Shown piece by piece: positions 19,874 through 27,776 of a stretch of 29,091 nt of DNA. The notes below the pieces were generated by a model. That model did no database searches. It worked only from the letters and a program-made list of their open reading frames with translations, and had not been told where the DNA came from. This DNA is from a virus (taxonomy: Duplodnaviria; Heunggongvirae; Uroviricota; Caudoviricetes), in the IMG/VR virus record IMGVR_UViG_3300010885_065725; one strand, 5' to 3'. Each line of letters starts with the position of its first letter. Position 1 is the stretch's first letter. The position numbers were made by a program, and so were the translations under genes.

Positions 19874-20143
19874 ATGAAACTGCAAGAAAATAAAAATATT
19901 GTCGTACAAGAAAATGTCGTCATCACTACCCTTGACCAAGACGAATTCTTCTGCGAAGATACTTCTAATCATCATCCAAAAGATCCAAAAGATCATTGTG
20001 ACTGCCCTCTTACAGACGAAAAAGTGTGGCTACAGATATATTGTGCAATCCTCGGCTCTGAAAGATGTATAGAAAATAATTCGCCTTCAGAATTTGCGGA
20101 TAAAGGTCTAGAAGCATTCAGAAGAAGATTCCATAACTGCTAG
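19874..20143 (+). CDS. Hypothetical phage protein (89 aa)
   Basis: ORF track; GAGA SD-like sequence upstream; C-terminal WLQIY...ADKGLEAFRRRF helix pattern. Confidence 0.75.
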   Translation: MKLQENKNIVVQENVVITTLDQDEFFCEDTSNHHPKDPKDHCDCPLTDEKVWLQIYCAILGSERCIENNSPSEFADKGLEAFRRRFHNC

Positions 20144-20161
20144 AAAAAAAAGAAAAAATAG

Positions 20162-20209
20162 TTGTACACAGATATTATATATGTGATATAATATACATAA
20201 TATCTGTTT
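20162..20209 (+). promoter_or_regulatory. Extended -10 promoter with the -10 box enclosed by an 11-bp inverted repeat
   Basis: TG-A-TATAAT (-10 at 20187-20192) lies between acagatattat (20168-20178) and ataatatctgt (20199-20209). The -35 is weak (TTGTAC). Confidence 0.65.
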
Positions 20210-20257
20210 CAATTAACCATTCCATTAACAACAACAACAAAAGAAATTATATATACT

Positions 20258-20362
20258 ATGAAAAATTATTATTGCGAAGATTTATCCAACGAACCAACAG
20301 AACAAGAAATTGACCTCCAAAAAATTCTTGAAATGATAGAATCAGGAATTCTACCTCTATGA
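20258..20362 (+). CDS. Small acidic hypothetical protein (34 aa)
   Basis: MKNYYCEDLSNEPTEQEIDLQKILEMIESGILPL, below the ORF-track cutoff. Its TGA overlaps the next ATG (ATGA). Confidence 0.65.
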   Translation: MKNYYCEDLSNEPTEQEIDLQKILEMIESGILPL

Positions 20363-20862
20363 ACAATGTATATCTCATCGCAGATCTCCATTTCGGACAC
20401 AAAAATGTCGCAGAATGGCGAGGATTCGATTCAATAGATTCCCATGACAATACAATAATAGAAAACTGGAACTCCAAAGTAAATAATAATGATACTATCT
20501 GGATTCTAGGTGATGTCGCAATGGGCGATGTCTCTAATATCGATAAACTGGGCGACCTCAAGGGCTATAAGAAGCTCATTCTCGGAAACCATGATACAAG
20601 ACCCTCAGAAAGATATCTGAGATACGTACAGAGAATATACGGAGCATTCCCTCTCAAAAATACTATCCTTACTCATATCCCTGTGCATCCTTCAGAATTC
20701 CCTAGATTCAAATATAATATCCATGGACATACCCATAACAATTCTATTTTCGATCCCAGATACTTCTGTGTCTCTGTAGAACAAATAAATTATTCTCCTG
20801 TCCTCTTCTCTGATGTAATAGAAATACTCGACAAAAGAAATGTACAAGAAGAAAAAGAATAA
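20359..20862 (+). CDS. Calcineurin-like metallophosphoesterase
   Basis: Complete motif set DLHFGH, LGD, GNHD, THIP, HGHTH. Confidence 0.92.
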   Translation: MNNVYLIADLHFGHKNVAEWRGFDSIDSHDNTIIENWNSKVNNNDTIWILGDVAMGDVSNIDKLGDLKGYKKLILGNHDTRPSERYLRYVQRIYGAFPLKNTILTHIPVHPSEFPRFKYNIHGHTHNNSIFDPRYFCVSVEQINYSPVLFSDVIEILDKRNVQEEKE

Positions 20863-20870
20863 TTCTCTTC

Positions 20871-20899
20871 TTGACATTCCGTATTTACAATGATATAAT
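20871..20899 (+). promoter_or_regulatory. sigma70-type promoter of ssb
   Basis: TTGACA-17 nt-TATAAT with extended -10 TG. Confidence 0.85.
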
Positions 20900-20948
20900 A
20901 GTCTCTCTCTTTCTCTCTCCATTCAAAATAAAAAAGGAAATATATACA

Positions 20949-21341
20949 ATGAGCAACATAATGACATTCACAGGAAATCTCGGAAACGATGCAGAAGTAC
21001 AAATCCTTCCTTCCGGTACTCCCGTACTGAAATTTAAAGTCGCAAACAATGTAGGATACGGAAACAAAAGAAATACTACATGGTTCAATGTCTCTCTCTA
21101 CGGAAAACTCGCAGAATCAACAAAATTTACTGACCTCATGCTAAAAGGTACAAATGTTTTCCTCTCAGGAGAATTCTCTGCAAGAACATTTACCGGAAAA
21201 GATGGATCTCAAAAATATTCTCTTGATATTACTGCAAATACCGTAGAACTAATAGGACATCATTCTACAACATCTGCTTTTGCAGCAGCACCCAAATCAG
21301 ATGCATATCAATCCGATATAGATTTCGATATCCCCTTCTAA
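20949..21341 (+). CDS. ssb: Single-stranded DNA-binding protein, bacterial type (130 aa)
   Basis: GNLGNDAE...TTWFNVSLYGK...V.LSGE OB-fold pattern and acidic DIPF C-terminal tip. Start set at ATG 20949 behind the AAGGA SD. Confidence 0.95.
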   Translation: MSNIMTFTGNLGNDAEVQILPSGTPVLKFKVANNVGYGNKRNTTWFNVSLYGKLAESTKFTDLMLKGTNVFLSGEFSARTFTGKDGSQKYSLDITANTVELIGHHSTTSAFAAAPKSDAYQSDIDFDIPF

Positions 21342-21366
21342 AAAAAACTATATTATAATTTTATAT

Positions 21367-21401
21367 AAAAACAACTGTTGCAAAATATTTGCAACAGTTG
21401 T
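21367..21401 (-). terminator. Intrinsic terminator at the convergence of the two transcription units
   Basis: 14-bp perfect stem acaactgttgcaaa-ata-tttgcaacagttgt, followed by TTTT on the minus strand. Confidence 0.7.
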
Positions 21402-21584
21402 ATATTCCCCCTCCCCCCTTCAAAAAAAAAAATTCATATTTCTCTCCTTGAAAAAAAAAATTTTGAAAAAATTTTGAAAAAAAAATTTAAAAGAGGATAT
21501 TTATTGCTAACAAAATATGCCAGCTTCCCCCCCATATATCACAAAACACTCTTTTTTTCAAGTATTATTGTGAAGTATTTTGAA

Positions 21585-21728
21585 AATATTTCTCTTGACA
21601 ATCTCTTGAGAATATGAATCGAAAATACCTTTCGAATATTTCTCTTGACTTCTGCAGAGGGTTCGTGCATTCTTTTCCTTTCCTTGCAAAACCACTCTGC
21701 AGAATATTTCTCTTGACTTCTGCAGAGG
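21585..21728. repeat. Direct repeats: 27-bp gaatatttctcttgacttctgcagagg (21634-21660, 21702-21728) plus a 15-bp partial copy at 21585
   Basis: Exact matches read directly. Confidence 0.9.
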
Positions 21729-21881
21729 ATTGTGAACAGAGGAAGATTTCCCTTTACTTTTACAAGGGAATAGAGAAGATACACAGAACAAGGACGATTG
21801 CAACAAAAATATATGCAGAGATACAAATAATAATTGGGAAGGGTTTCAAAATATTTTCCTCTTGACTTTGTTTTGAATGTG

Positions 21882-21911
21882 TGACATTGCACTCTTTAGA
21901 GTGCAATGTCA
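21882..21911. other. 30-bp near-perfect palindrome
   Basis: tgacattgcactct-tt-agagtgcaatgtca. Confidence 0.85.
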
Positions 21912-21942
21912 TTGTGAGAGAGGGATTCTCTCAAGCTGTCAT

Positions 21943-22368
21943 CTAGGCAAGGTAAACATTTTTTCCGTTTCCAGAGCATTGGTATTCGTTGAAGTAGGTC
22001 ACTAGGCAGTACGTGAGACCTTCCAAGGTGCTGTCATCGGACTCTTTCCATTCTTTTATGGCATCTGAGCAGACTTGAGGCAGGTATGGCACCATTTCTG
22101 GTTCGAAGGTGAAGCCATTGTCTGCCGCACATTTCACGGCATCCTTTTCAAGGTTTTCAAGATACTCGTTCCAGACAATCTGGGCTTCCTGTGTGGCACA
22201 AAGGCAGTAAGCAAGCTCTTCTGCAGTATATCCACCGGACATTAGCATCACAACTTTCCCTTCTTCCATACGATATTCAAAAGAAGAAATATCATAATTA
22301 GTGCTGTGGCATGATTGCATTACTGCATTAACGTCATTGTAAGAAACTTTAGAATTATATTTTGACAT
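21943..22368 (-). CDS. Acidic hypothetical protein (141 aa)
   Basis: ORF track; AAGG upstream; 22 D/E versus 9 K/R; visibly higher GC than the neighbours. Confidence 0.75.
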   Translation of the reverse strand: MSKYNSKVSYNDVNAVMQSCHSTNYDISSFEYRMEEGKVVMLMSGGYTAEELAYCLCATQEAQIVWNEYLENLEKDAVKCAADNGFTFEPEMVPYLPQVCSDAIKEWKESDDSTLEGLTYCLVTYFNEYQCSGNGKNVYLA

Positions 22369-22832
22369 GATATGTAAACCTTATAAAAAGAGAGAGAGAA
22401 AATGGTTTTTTGAATACTTCCCGAAGGAGACTATATATTATACTGTCTTCGAATGCATTGCAAGACATTTTTGCAAATATTTCGAAATATATTTTGCAGA
22501 AATATTTCTTGACATTCAGAAATTACACGAAAGATACTTCTGCAATACCATGGGCAAGGGTGCACTGCGAAAACGTCTCAGAATGCATTTTTTGATTTGT
22601 CAACAGAAATATTTCTGCAGAGTGGTTTTATATATATTATTTCTGCAGGAAATATATACAGGAAATATATACAAAATACTGCAGAAACATACAGAATATT
22701 TTTTGTTGCTATTTATATACATTTTCTGTAGGATGGTGCACTTCAATATATTTTTGAAATATATCAATAAAAGATTACTGATACAATCATTCCTGTAATA
22801 TTTACAGGAATGATAAGAACATTTTTTTTTGA

Positions 22833-23036
22833 TCACGATCTGCAGTATTTTACTTCTATATCTATTGCATTCTTTGCTGTTTCGATAGAAGAGAACTTTC
22901 TGTTTCTCATTCTTCCGCCATATACTGTGTACCCTTTAGAAGGAATCTCTACAGAATACTTTCTTCCGAGTATTTTGCTATGGTATTCGATAGAGGTAGT
23001 ATTTGTTTCTATATAATATATTTCTTTGTATTTCAT
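22833..23036 (-). CDS. Hypothetical protein (67 aa)
   Basis: Start set at ATG 23036 (MKYKEIYY), which gives an ATGA overlap with the upstream gene and an AAGGA SD. Confidence 0.7.
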   Translation of the reverse strand: MKYKEIYYIETNTTSIEYHSKILGRKYSVEIPSKGYTVYGGRMRNRKFSSIETAKNAIDIEVKYCRS

Positions 23037-23203
23037 ATTAAAGGTATTTCCTTTTTTGTGCATTCTGCGATTTTAATATATTTTCTTTTTCCGTTATCGG
23101 TCTCTATTATCAGAGCATTCTCGCATTGCTGTAATGACTCATAATATTGTTGATATGGTATGTTGCTGGAATAGAATATTATTGTGAGAACATAGAATGT
23201 CAT
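23033..23203 (-). CDS. Hypothetical protein (56 aa)
   Basis: Start set at ATG 23203 (MTFYVLTIIF); ATGA overlaps at both ends. Confidence 0.65.
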   Translation of the reverse strand: MTFYVLTIIFYSSNIPYQQYYESLQQCENALIIETDNGKRKYIKIAECTKKEIPLI

Positions 23204-23556
23204 ATTCCCCATCCAATAGATGCAACAGGAAAAGTTTCTGCAGAGAGCAGTTGTTCTGCTGTCATTCTGATAGATTTCAGGAGAGGGTTCTTGTAGTTCG
23301 GTTTCTCGCATGACTGGTAATCTAGGCAATCGATAAGTCTCAGGATGTCATTAGGATTAGTGACAGGAAGAGAATTTGAAATGTCACATTTTTTGCATCT
23401 GATCTTTTCATTGTATCTATAATTGACAGATGACACATTTATTATTTTCAGTTTATCTGCATTGATTTGTGTACCCACAGAAGAGAGATCAAGTTGGAGA
23501 GAATACCACGAAGAAATGGTAGAGATATGATTATCGGAACATATGAATGCAGACAT
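23200..23556 (-). CDS. Conserved phage hypothetical protein (118 aa)
   Basis: MSAF...HI, N.SSVNYRY and CLDYQSCE motifs recalled from a recurrent phage/plasmid family of unknown function. AAGGA SD upstream. Confidence 0.85.
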   Translation of the reverse strand: MSAFICSDNHISTISSWYSLQLDLSSVGTQINADKLKIINVSSVNYRYNEKIRCKKCDISNSLPVTNPNDILRLIDCLDYQSCEKPNYKNPLLKSIRMTAEQLLSAETFPVASIGWGI

Positions 23557-23604
23557 TTTTTTTTATCCTTTTTTATTATGTATTAGAAAGAAAGAGAGAG
23601 AATA

Positions 23605-23922
23605 TTATAATTCAATTTTTAAATCGATGTAGAGTTGTTTTATTTGTTTTTTTACCCTTGCCACGTTGCTGTAGTAATGCGAATCTTTAAAATTGATATT
23701 ACCTATGCATGTCCCGATTTTCGTGCCGTAGTGGATTGCTCTTGCTTCGCATTCTATGATATCTTTCTTTGTGTGTGCAAATACAGAAGAAGGGTTTGCT
23801 TCTATGAATATTCTTGTTGCGGAATCTATTATTCTATTTCTGTAATAGAAGGAATTATTATTTTGTATTAGGGGAGAATTCTTATTGATGGAATTGATTG
23901 CGATCTGGATGCAGGTTTTCAT
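23605..23922 (-). CDS. Hypothetical protein (105 aa)
   Basis: ORF track; AAGGA SD upstream. Confidence 0.75.
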   Translation of the reverse strand: MKTCIQIAINSINKNSPLIQNNNSFYYRNRIIDSATRIFIEANPSSVFAHTKKDIIECEARAIHYGTKIGTCIGNINFKDSHYYSNVARVKKQIKQLYIDLKIEL

Positions 23923-23951
23923 TTTTATTTCCTTTTTTTATAATTTCTTTA

Positions 23952-24022
<71 letters not shown>

Positions 24023-24025
24023 GAA

Positions 24026-24802
24026 CTATTTTGATACTACTGCGACTCGTTGTATCTGTGTCTGCATTTGTTCCTTGTATTCAGAGAATTGTTTCACTGT
24101 TCCTTTTATTTTGATCTTGTCGCCAAGTTCTGCAATGAATGCACCTTTTGATACAAGGCATGCACCAGAGTTCGATATCATGGTGATGACGTTGACCCAT
24201 CCGTAGTCGTTTGCATATCCGCCAGTACGAATGACCTGTACATCGAATACGTCTCTTTTGCCTACTGTACCGATAGTTAATGTCTTGGATGGTACAGGAA
24301 GTGCAAGGTGAGAACATTGAGCCGTCACCGCAATTTTTACGATGCTCATTGGTGTGTCTGCATCGAATTCTGTATTGATTATCCATGTAATATATGATCT
24401 TGGAAGTTCGATCAATTTTACGTTGTAGTGATATCCGAAAGGATATACACCTTTTGCGAGCATTTCTGCAATTTTTGCAAAGAATTCTATGTTTCTTGCT
24501 GTTTCTTTTTCCAGACGTTCTGCTTCTTTGCGTTCTGCTTTTGTCATTCCTTCGAGGTTTCTTTCTATTTCTCGCAGTTGTTCGTCTAATTCAGAACGGA
24601 CAGTGAGGAGAGGCATTCCAGAATTCTTTGACCAGTCGAGAGCTTTTGTAAATGCTTCGTCAGGATTGATAGAGAGGTTGATAAGATAGTAGGAAGTAAC
24701 ATCGCCCATTGAATTTCTGTAGGTTTCGCGCAATGTGAACATTGCATTTGTACGACCAGTAGAGATAATAAGATTAGGAGTGAATTCAGAAAGAGAAGGC
24801 AT
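24026..24802 (-). CDS. Phage hypothetical protein with a probable C-terminal OB-fold domain (258 aa)
   Basis: C-terminal IGTVGKR...DYGWVNVITM...GDKIKIKGTVK...QTQIQRV pattern resembles OB folds in phage proteins. Central PFGYH...LIELPRSYITWI motif. AAGGA SD upstream. Confidence 0.8.
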   Translation of the reverse strand: MPSLSEFTPNLIISTGRTNAMFTLRETYRNSMGDVTSYYLINLSINPDEAFTKALDWSKNSGMPLLTVRSELDEQLREIERNLEGMTKAERKEAERLEKETARNIEFFAKIAEMLAKGVYPFGYHYNVKLIELPRSYITWIINTEFDADTPMSIVKIAVTAQCSHLALPVPSKTLTIGTVGKRDVFDVQVIRTGGYANDYGWVNVITMISNSGACLVSKGAFIAELGDKIKIKGTVKQFSEYKEQMQTQIQRVAVVSK

Positions 24803-24836
24803 TTTTTTTATCCTTGTTGTTGCAGAAGAGAAGCAA

Positions 24837-24883
24837 AATCGCTTCGATGTGTAGTATTATACAGAAGCGATTATTGATGTCTA
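24837..24883 (-). promoter_or_regulatory. sigma70-like promoter with the -10 box enclosed by a 9-bp inverted repeat
   Basis: TAGACA-16 nt-TATAAT; arms aatcgcttc (24837-24845) and gaagcgatt (24864-24872). Confidence 0.7.
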
Positions 24884-24892
24884 CTTTTATTT

Positions 24893-25120
24893 TTATTCTT
24901 TTGATCTTCCTAGACTGCCGTTAAACATTTTTTCTGTTTCTAATTCAGAAACCGAATATATCCTCTTGTTTTTTATGAAAAATGTTCCGGAATGGGTCTC
25001 TTCGAGGTGAACATATCCGGTTTTATTGATTTCGTTCATTGCATAGAAATATCCCATAAGACAGCCAGAAAGCATTGAAATGATGATTAGAACAGATGCA
25101 AAAGTAATATTTGTTTTCAT
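24893..25120 (-). CDS. Hypothetical membrane-anchored protein (75 aa)
   Basis: N-terminal hydrophobic helix FASVLIIISMLSGCLMGYFYA. AAGG SD upstream. Confidence 0.75.
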   Translation of the reverse strand: MKTNITFASVLIIISMLSGCLMGYFYAMNEINKTGYVHLEETHSGTFFIKNKRIYSVSELETEKMFNGSLGRSKE

Positions 25121-25154
25121 TTTTTATTTGACCTTTTTTTTAATGATTGGATTA

Positions 25155-25616
25155 TTATACGATTTTAATAATGTTTTCTACTTTTACGTTGAATACATCA
25201 GAAGAAGAAGATTTATCTTTGAATTCATTTGAAAGAGCATATCTTTTTGCTGTTTCTCTGTCGATTTCTACGCCATTGATGGAATAGAGAGCCGTTGCAA
25301 TAAAGTTGCTCTTGAATGCAGAGAAACGTGCATAGAGGGTATCTTTGTTTTCGATGATGTACGGGAAAGTTACCCATTTTCCGTAGGGAAGACCTGCATT
25401 CTCTTCTGGAAGAGTTCCGTCTTCGCGTTTCTGTTGTACTGCAGACATATTATCATAATTCACTCCTACTCTGCACTGGAAGGTAGAGACCTTCACAATT
25501 TCTGGTGAACCCTTGCGAACCTTCAGAAGTCTTTCTGTGGTCACTGTGGCGATCTGACCGCCACGTTTTGCAAGAATCTTTTCGATGGTAGAGTTGGTTT
25601 TTTTCATGTTGTTCAT
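25155..25616 (-). CDS. Conserved phage hypothetical protein (153 aa)
   Basis: Start set at ATG 25616 behind AAAGG. R.GVNYDN...V..KRE.G.LP.EN.GLP.G.W..FPY.I motif recalled from a recurrent phage family. Confidence 0.85.
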   Translation of the reverse strand: MNNMKKTNSTIEKILAKRGGQIATVTTERLLKVRKGSPEIVKVSTFQCRVGVNYDNMSAVQQKREDGTLPEENAGLPYGKWVTFPYIIENKDTLYARFSAFKSNFIATALYSINGVEIDRETAKRYALSNEFKDKSSSSDVFNVKVENIIKIV

Positions 25617-25656
25617 AGTATATTTACCTTTAGTTGTTTTTTGAAGTTGATGATGT

Positions 25657-25685
25657 ATATTAAACCCTTCTGCAGAAGAACGCAA
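25657..25685 (-). promoter_or_regulatory. sigma70-like promoter with a palindrome in the spacer
   Basis: TTGCGT-17 nt-TAATAT; 12-bp palindrome cttctgcagaag at 25667-25678. Confidence 0.55.
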
Positions 25686-25688
25686 GAA

Positions 25689-25931
25689 TTATTTTAAATC
25701 TTTTTTCAGATATTTCTGTTTGAGACCTTCTGTTGTTTCTGATAATATTTGTTGTTGTTCTGGTGAAAGATCGAGAGAATACAGAAGGAATTCGAATTCT
25801 ATCAGTGAATTCGAATATTCCCATGCAATATTATTTTCTTTTGCAGTATCGAGAACTTTCATATTCGATGATGCAATAAGAGCATCGATATACTGCAGGA
25901 CAAAAGGGAATTTTTTGTATAATGCATTCAT
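25689..25931 (-). CDS. Hypothetical protein (80 aa)
   Basis: ORF track, directly downstream of a promoter. Confidence 0.7.
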   Translation of the reverse strand: MNALYKKFPFVLQYIDALIASSNMKVLDTAKENNIAWEYSNSLIEFEFLLYSLDLSPEQQQILSETTEGLKQKYLKKDLK

Positions 25932-25959
25932 TTCTATTTTTCTCGCGTTTCGAATAAGT

Positions 25960-25996
25960 GAATGGCTAATATATATTAGCCATTCTGCAATGTCAA
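25960..25996 (-). promoter_or_regulatory. sigma70-type promoter whose -10 box lies in a 26-bp perfect palindrome
   Basis: TTGACA-17 nt-TATATT; gaatggctaatatatattagccattc (25960-25985) is its own reverse complement. Confidence 0.75.
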
Positions 25997-26014
25997 CAGA
26001 TATTTTAATATAAT

Positions 26015-26314
26015 TTACAAAATTATATTAATTTTATATCCCAGAAGTTTTTCTATTTCCGGAATGGTAAGATTTACTGTAAGAGATTCTTCATACATTT
26101 TTGTATATTTCTCTACAATTTCTTCGAGATCTTTTTCTGCCTGAACTGCACGATCATATTCGTAGAATACGGAAGTATATTCATAACTATTCAAATCGTC
26201 TTCGCATCCATATTGCAATGCATCAAATATTTCACTGTTGAATTTATCAGTATTTTCATATTTGTCATATACATGCTTTGGTATTCCTACATATACTTTA
26301 TATTCGATTGTCAT
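26015..26314 (-). CDS. Hypothetical protein (99 aa)
   Basis: AAGGA SD upstream; acidic; C-terminal LTIPEIEKLLGYKINII motif common in phage proteins. Confidence 0.8.
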   Translation of the reverse strand: MTIEYKVYVGIPKHVYDKYENTDKFNSEIFDALQYGCEDDLNSYEYTSVFYEYDRAVQAEKDLEEIVEKYTKMYEESLTVNLTIPEIEKLLGYKINIIL

Positions 26315-26327
26315 TTTATTTTCCTTA

Positions 26328-26500
26328 TTATATTTTTGAAAGAATTCTTTGGTAAATATCTTTTTTGCTCATGTAATAGTCATAATTGTTTTCACCTTCA
26401 CGGAAATTATTCCACATATTATTTCTCTCGTTATTAATAATGTCTTCACAATATTGTTTACAATAAGAGTTTTTTGGCGTTCAGTGAAAGGTTTCAACAT
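26328..26500 (-). pseudogene. Frameshifted, internally deleted copy of a small conserved phage gene
   Basis: The frame from ATG 26500 gives MLKPFTERQKTLIVNNIVK then non-family sequence. A second frame gives EDIINNERNNMWNNFREGENNYDYYMSKKDIYQRILSKI* (stop 26328-26330). From memory, these match the N- and C-termini of one phage family. Confidence 0.65.
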
Positions 26501-26501
26501 T

Positions 26502-27185
26502 TTAGTTGTTCCATAATTTTAATAGTGGAAGAGAAGGTTTTTCTGCGACAGAAATCTGCAGATCGTCACCGGAATCATACATAGTTTTTTCTGATTTCGG
26601 ATAGGTGTCCACTATAGCATACTTCAATTTCGATTGCATAACTTTCTTTTGTCTTTTGTCGCCATGGAAAATAAAATACCTATGTTTAGGGAATGGTTTG
26701 ACTGTCTGTATATTATTTTCTTTTGCCCATGTCTTAGGAGAAGTGATGCCTTTTTCTCTCAACGTCATCGAATGCGTTCTTTTTCCATCTACAATATACA
26801 GGTGATCATGAGAAACAGTATTTCCTGTGTACATCCAGTTCGTTGCCTGATAGATAATCCCAGAGTGACCATATTCTGTGTCTGCATAAGAAACGACTGC
26901 ACATGGTGCCTCTAGTTGCTTTAATGCATTAGAAACAAGAAAGGATGCCGCATTTTTTGATTTAGATTGTACGACAAGTCTGCAAAGTTCGTATAATTTA
27001 AAATCTCTTTCTTGGAATGCATATTTCTGTATTGCAGGAGAAGGTTGACCGAATACACAAACACCAGTTATCATGCCGTTTTCTATCAAACCGAAACCTG
27101 CCCAGAATATTGATGCTCTTCTGGAATAATGTTTTTTTGTAACAAACTCTTCACAGATTGCCTTTGAAATTTTTATTACTTCCAT
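26502..27185 (-). CDS. mom: Mom-like (GNAT-fold) DNA adenine modification protein (227 aa)
   Basis: KHYS, GVCVFG, ELCRL, KNAASFL, VVSYAD, GHSGIIYQATNWMYTG: the signature of phage Mu Mom homologues. Start set at ATG 27185 (MEVIK), 4 nt after the upstream stop. Confidence 0.82.
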   Translation of the reverse strand: MEVIKISKAICEEFVTKKHYSRRASIFWAGFGLIENGMITGVCVFGQPSPAIQKYAFQERDFKLYELCRLVVQSKSKNAASFLVSNALKQLEAPCAVVSYADTEYGHSGIIYQATNWMYTGNTVSHDHLYIVDGKRTHSMTLREKGITSPKTWAKENNIQTVKPFPKHRYFIFHGDKRQKKVMQSKLKYAIVDTYPKSEKTMYDSGDDLQISVAEKPSLPLLKLWNN

Positions 27186-27189
27186 TTTT

Positions 27190-27459
27190 TTATCCTCCGC
27201 CTTGGTGCTCTGTGGGAAGATCATTCGGATTCCTTGCGATACTTCCACACCATTCTGCGCCATCATAGCACAGTGGAAAGTAAACGAAGTTCTCTGTCCA
27301 TAATGTAAATGGTTTTCCTTCTGTACCACCAAAACCATCATCAAATTCTTCTATTAATTCTGCATGATTAGAAAATGTAGAAATGTAACGCACATTGTCG
27401 TCTTCATTGTTACTTTTCATTTCGTCTTTAATTAATTTGTACCAAGTCGTTTTTGACAT
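27190..27459 (-). CDS. Conserved phage hypothetical protein (89 aa)
   Basis: FDDGFGGTEGKPFTLWT...VYFPLCYDGAEW...RNP...HQGGG motif recalled from a recurrent phage family. Confidence 0.85.
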   Translation of the reverse strand: MSKTTWYKLIKDEMKSNNEDDNVRYISTFSNHAELIEEFDDGFGGTEGKPFTLWTENFVYFPLCYDGAEWCGSIARNPNDLPTEHQGGG

Positions 27460-27463
27460 ACTA

Positions 27464-27694
27464 TTATCCTCTGTAGACTGTTACGTTATTTCCAACAATA
27501 TAATAATGGTTTCCATCGAATGAAATAAGATAACTCAATGCATCAGTTTTATTACCTTCATCATCCCATGTATAATTTCTTATTACAGCATCTTTTACTG
27601 TATTGATGATTGATGTTGTACCACCAAAATCATATTCTACCAGTACACCAACAACAGAATTAGGGTCTTTTTGCATCATTTCTAGTACATTCAT
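27464..27694 (-). CDS. Hypothetical protein (76 aa)
   Basis: Start set at ATG 27694 (MNVLEMMQK) behind GAGA. Confidence 0.7.
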   Translation of the reverse strand: MNVLEMMQKDPNSVVGVLVEYDFGGTTSIINTVKDAVIRNYTWDDEGNKTDALSYLISFDGNHYYIVGNNVTVYRG

Positions 27695-27727
27695 AATAAA
27701 TTCTCTTTTTTGTATTTTGTAGTGCAC

Positions 27728-27761
27728 ATTGTATACCCTAATGGATATTAAAGTATACAAT
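27728..27761 (-). promoter_or_regulatory. 9-bp inverted repeat at a promoter-like position
   Basis: attgtatac-16 nt-gtatacaat, with TACAAT in the downstream arm. No convincing -35 at canonical spacing. Confidence 0.45.
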
Positions 27762-27776
27762 TATTTTTTTTTTATT

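Noticed and set aside
21407-21533. C-runs (G-runs on the minus strand) as a G-quadruplex
   Set aside because: Only two adjacent G-tracts plus one about 110 bp away; insufficient for a canonical intramolecular G4.
21585-21728. 27-bp direct repeats with a 41-bp spacer as a mini CRISPR array
   Set aside because: Only two full copies, irregular spacing (50 and 68 bp), no CRISPR-like termini or stem, no cas genes. The core looks like a -35 promoter element.
21378-22836. Short ORFs across the repeat region (21378-21617, 21539-21892, 21558-21806, 21614-21865, 22367-22798, 22410-22595, 22600-22836)
   Set aside because: They overlap on both strands, are low-complexity and mostly lack SD sites, and the DNA is better explained as regulatory repeats.
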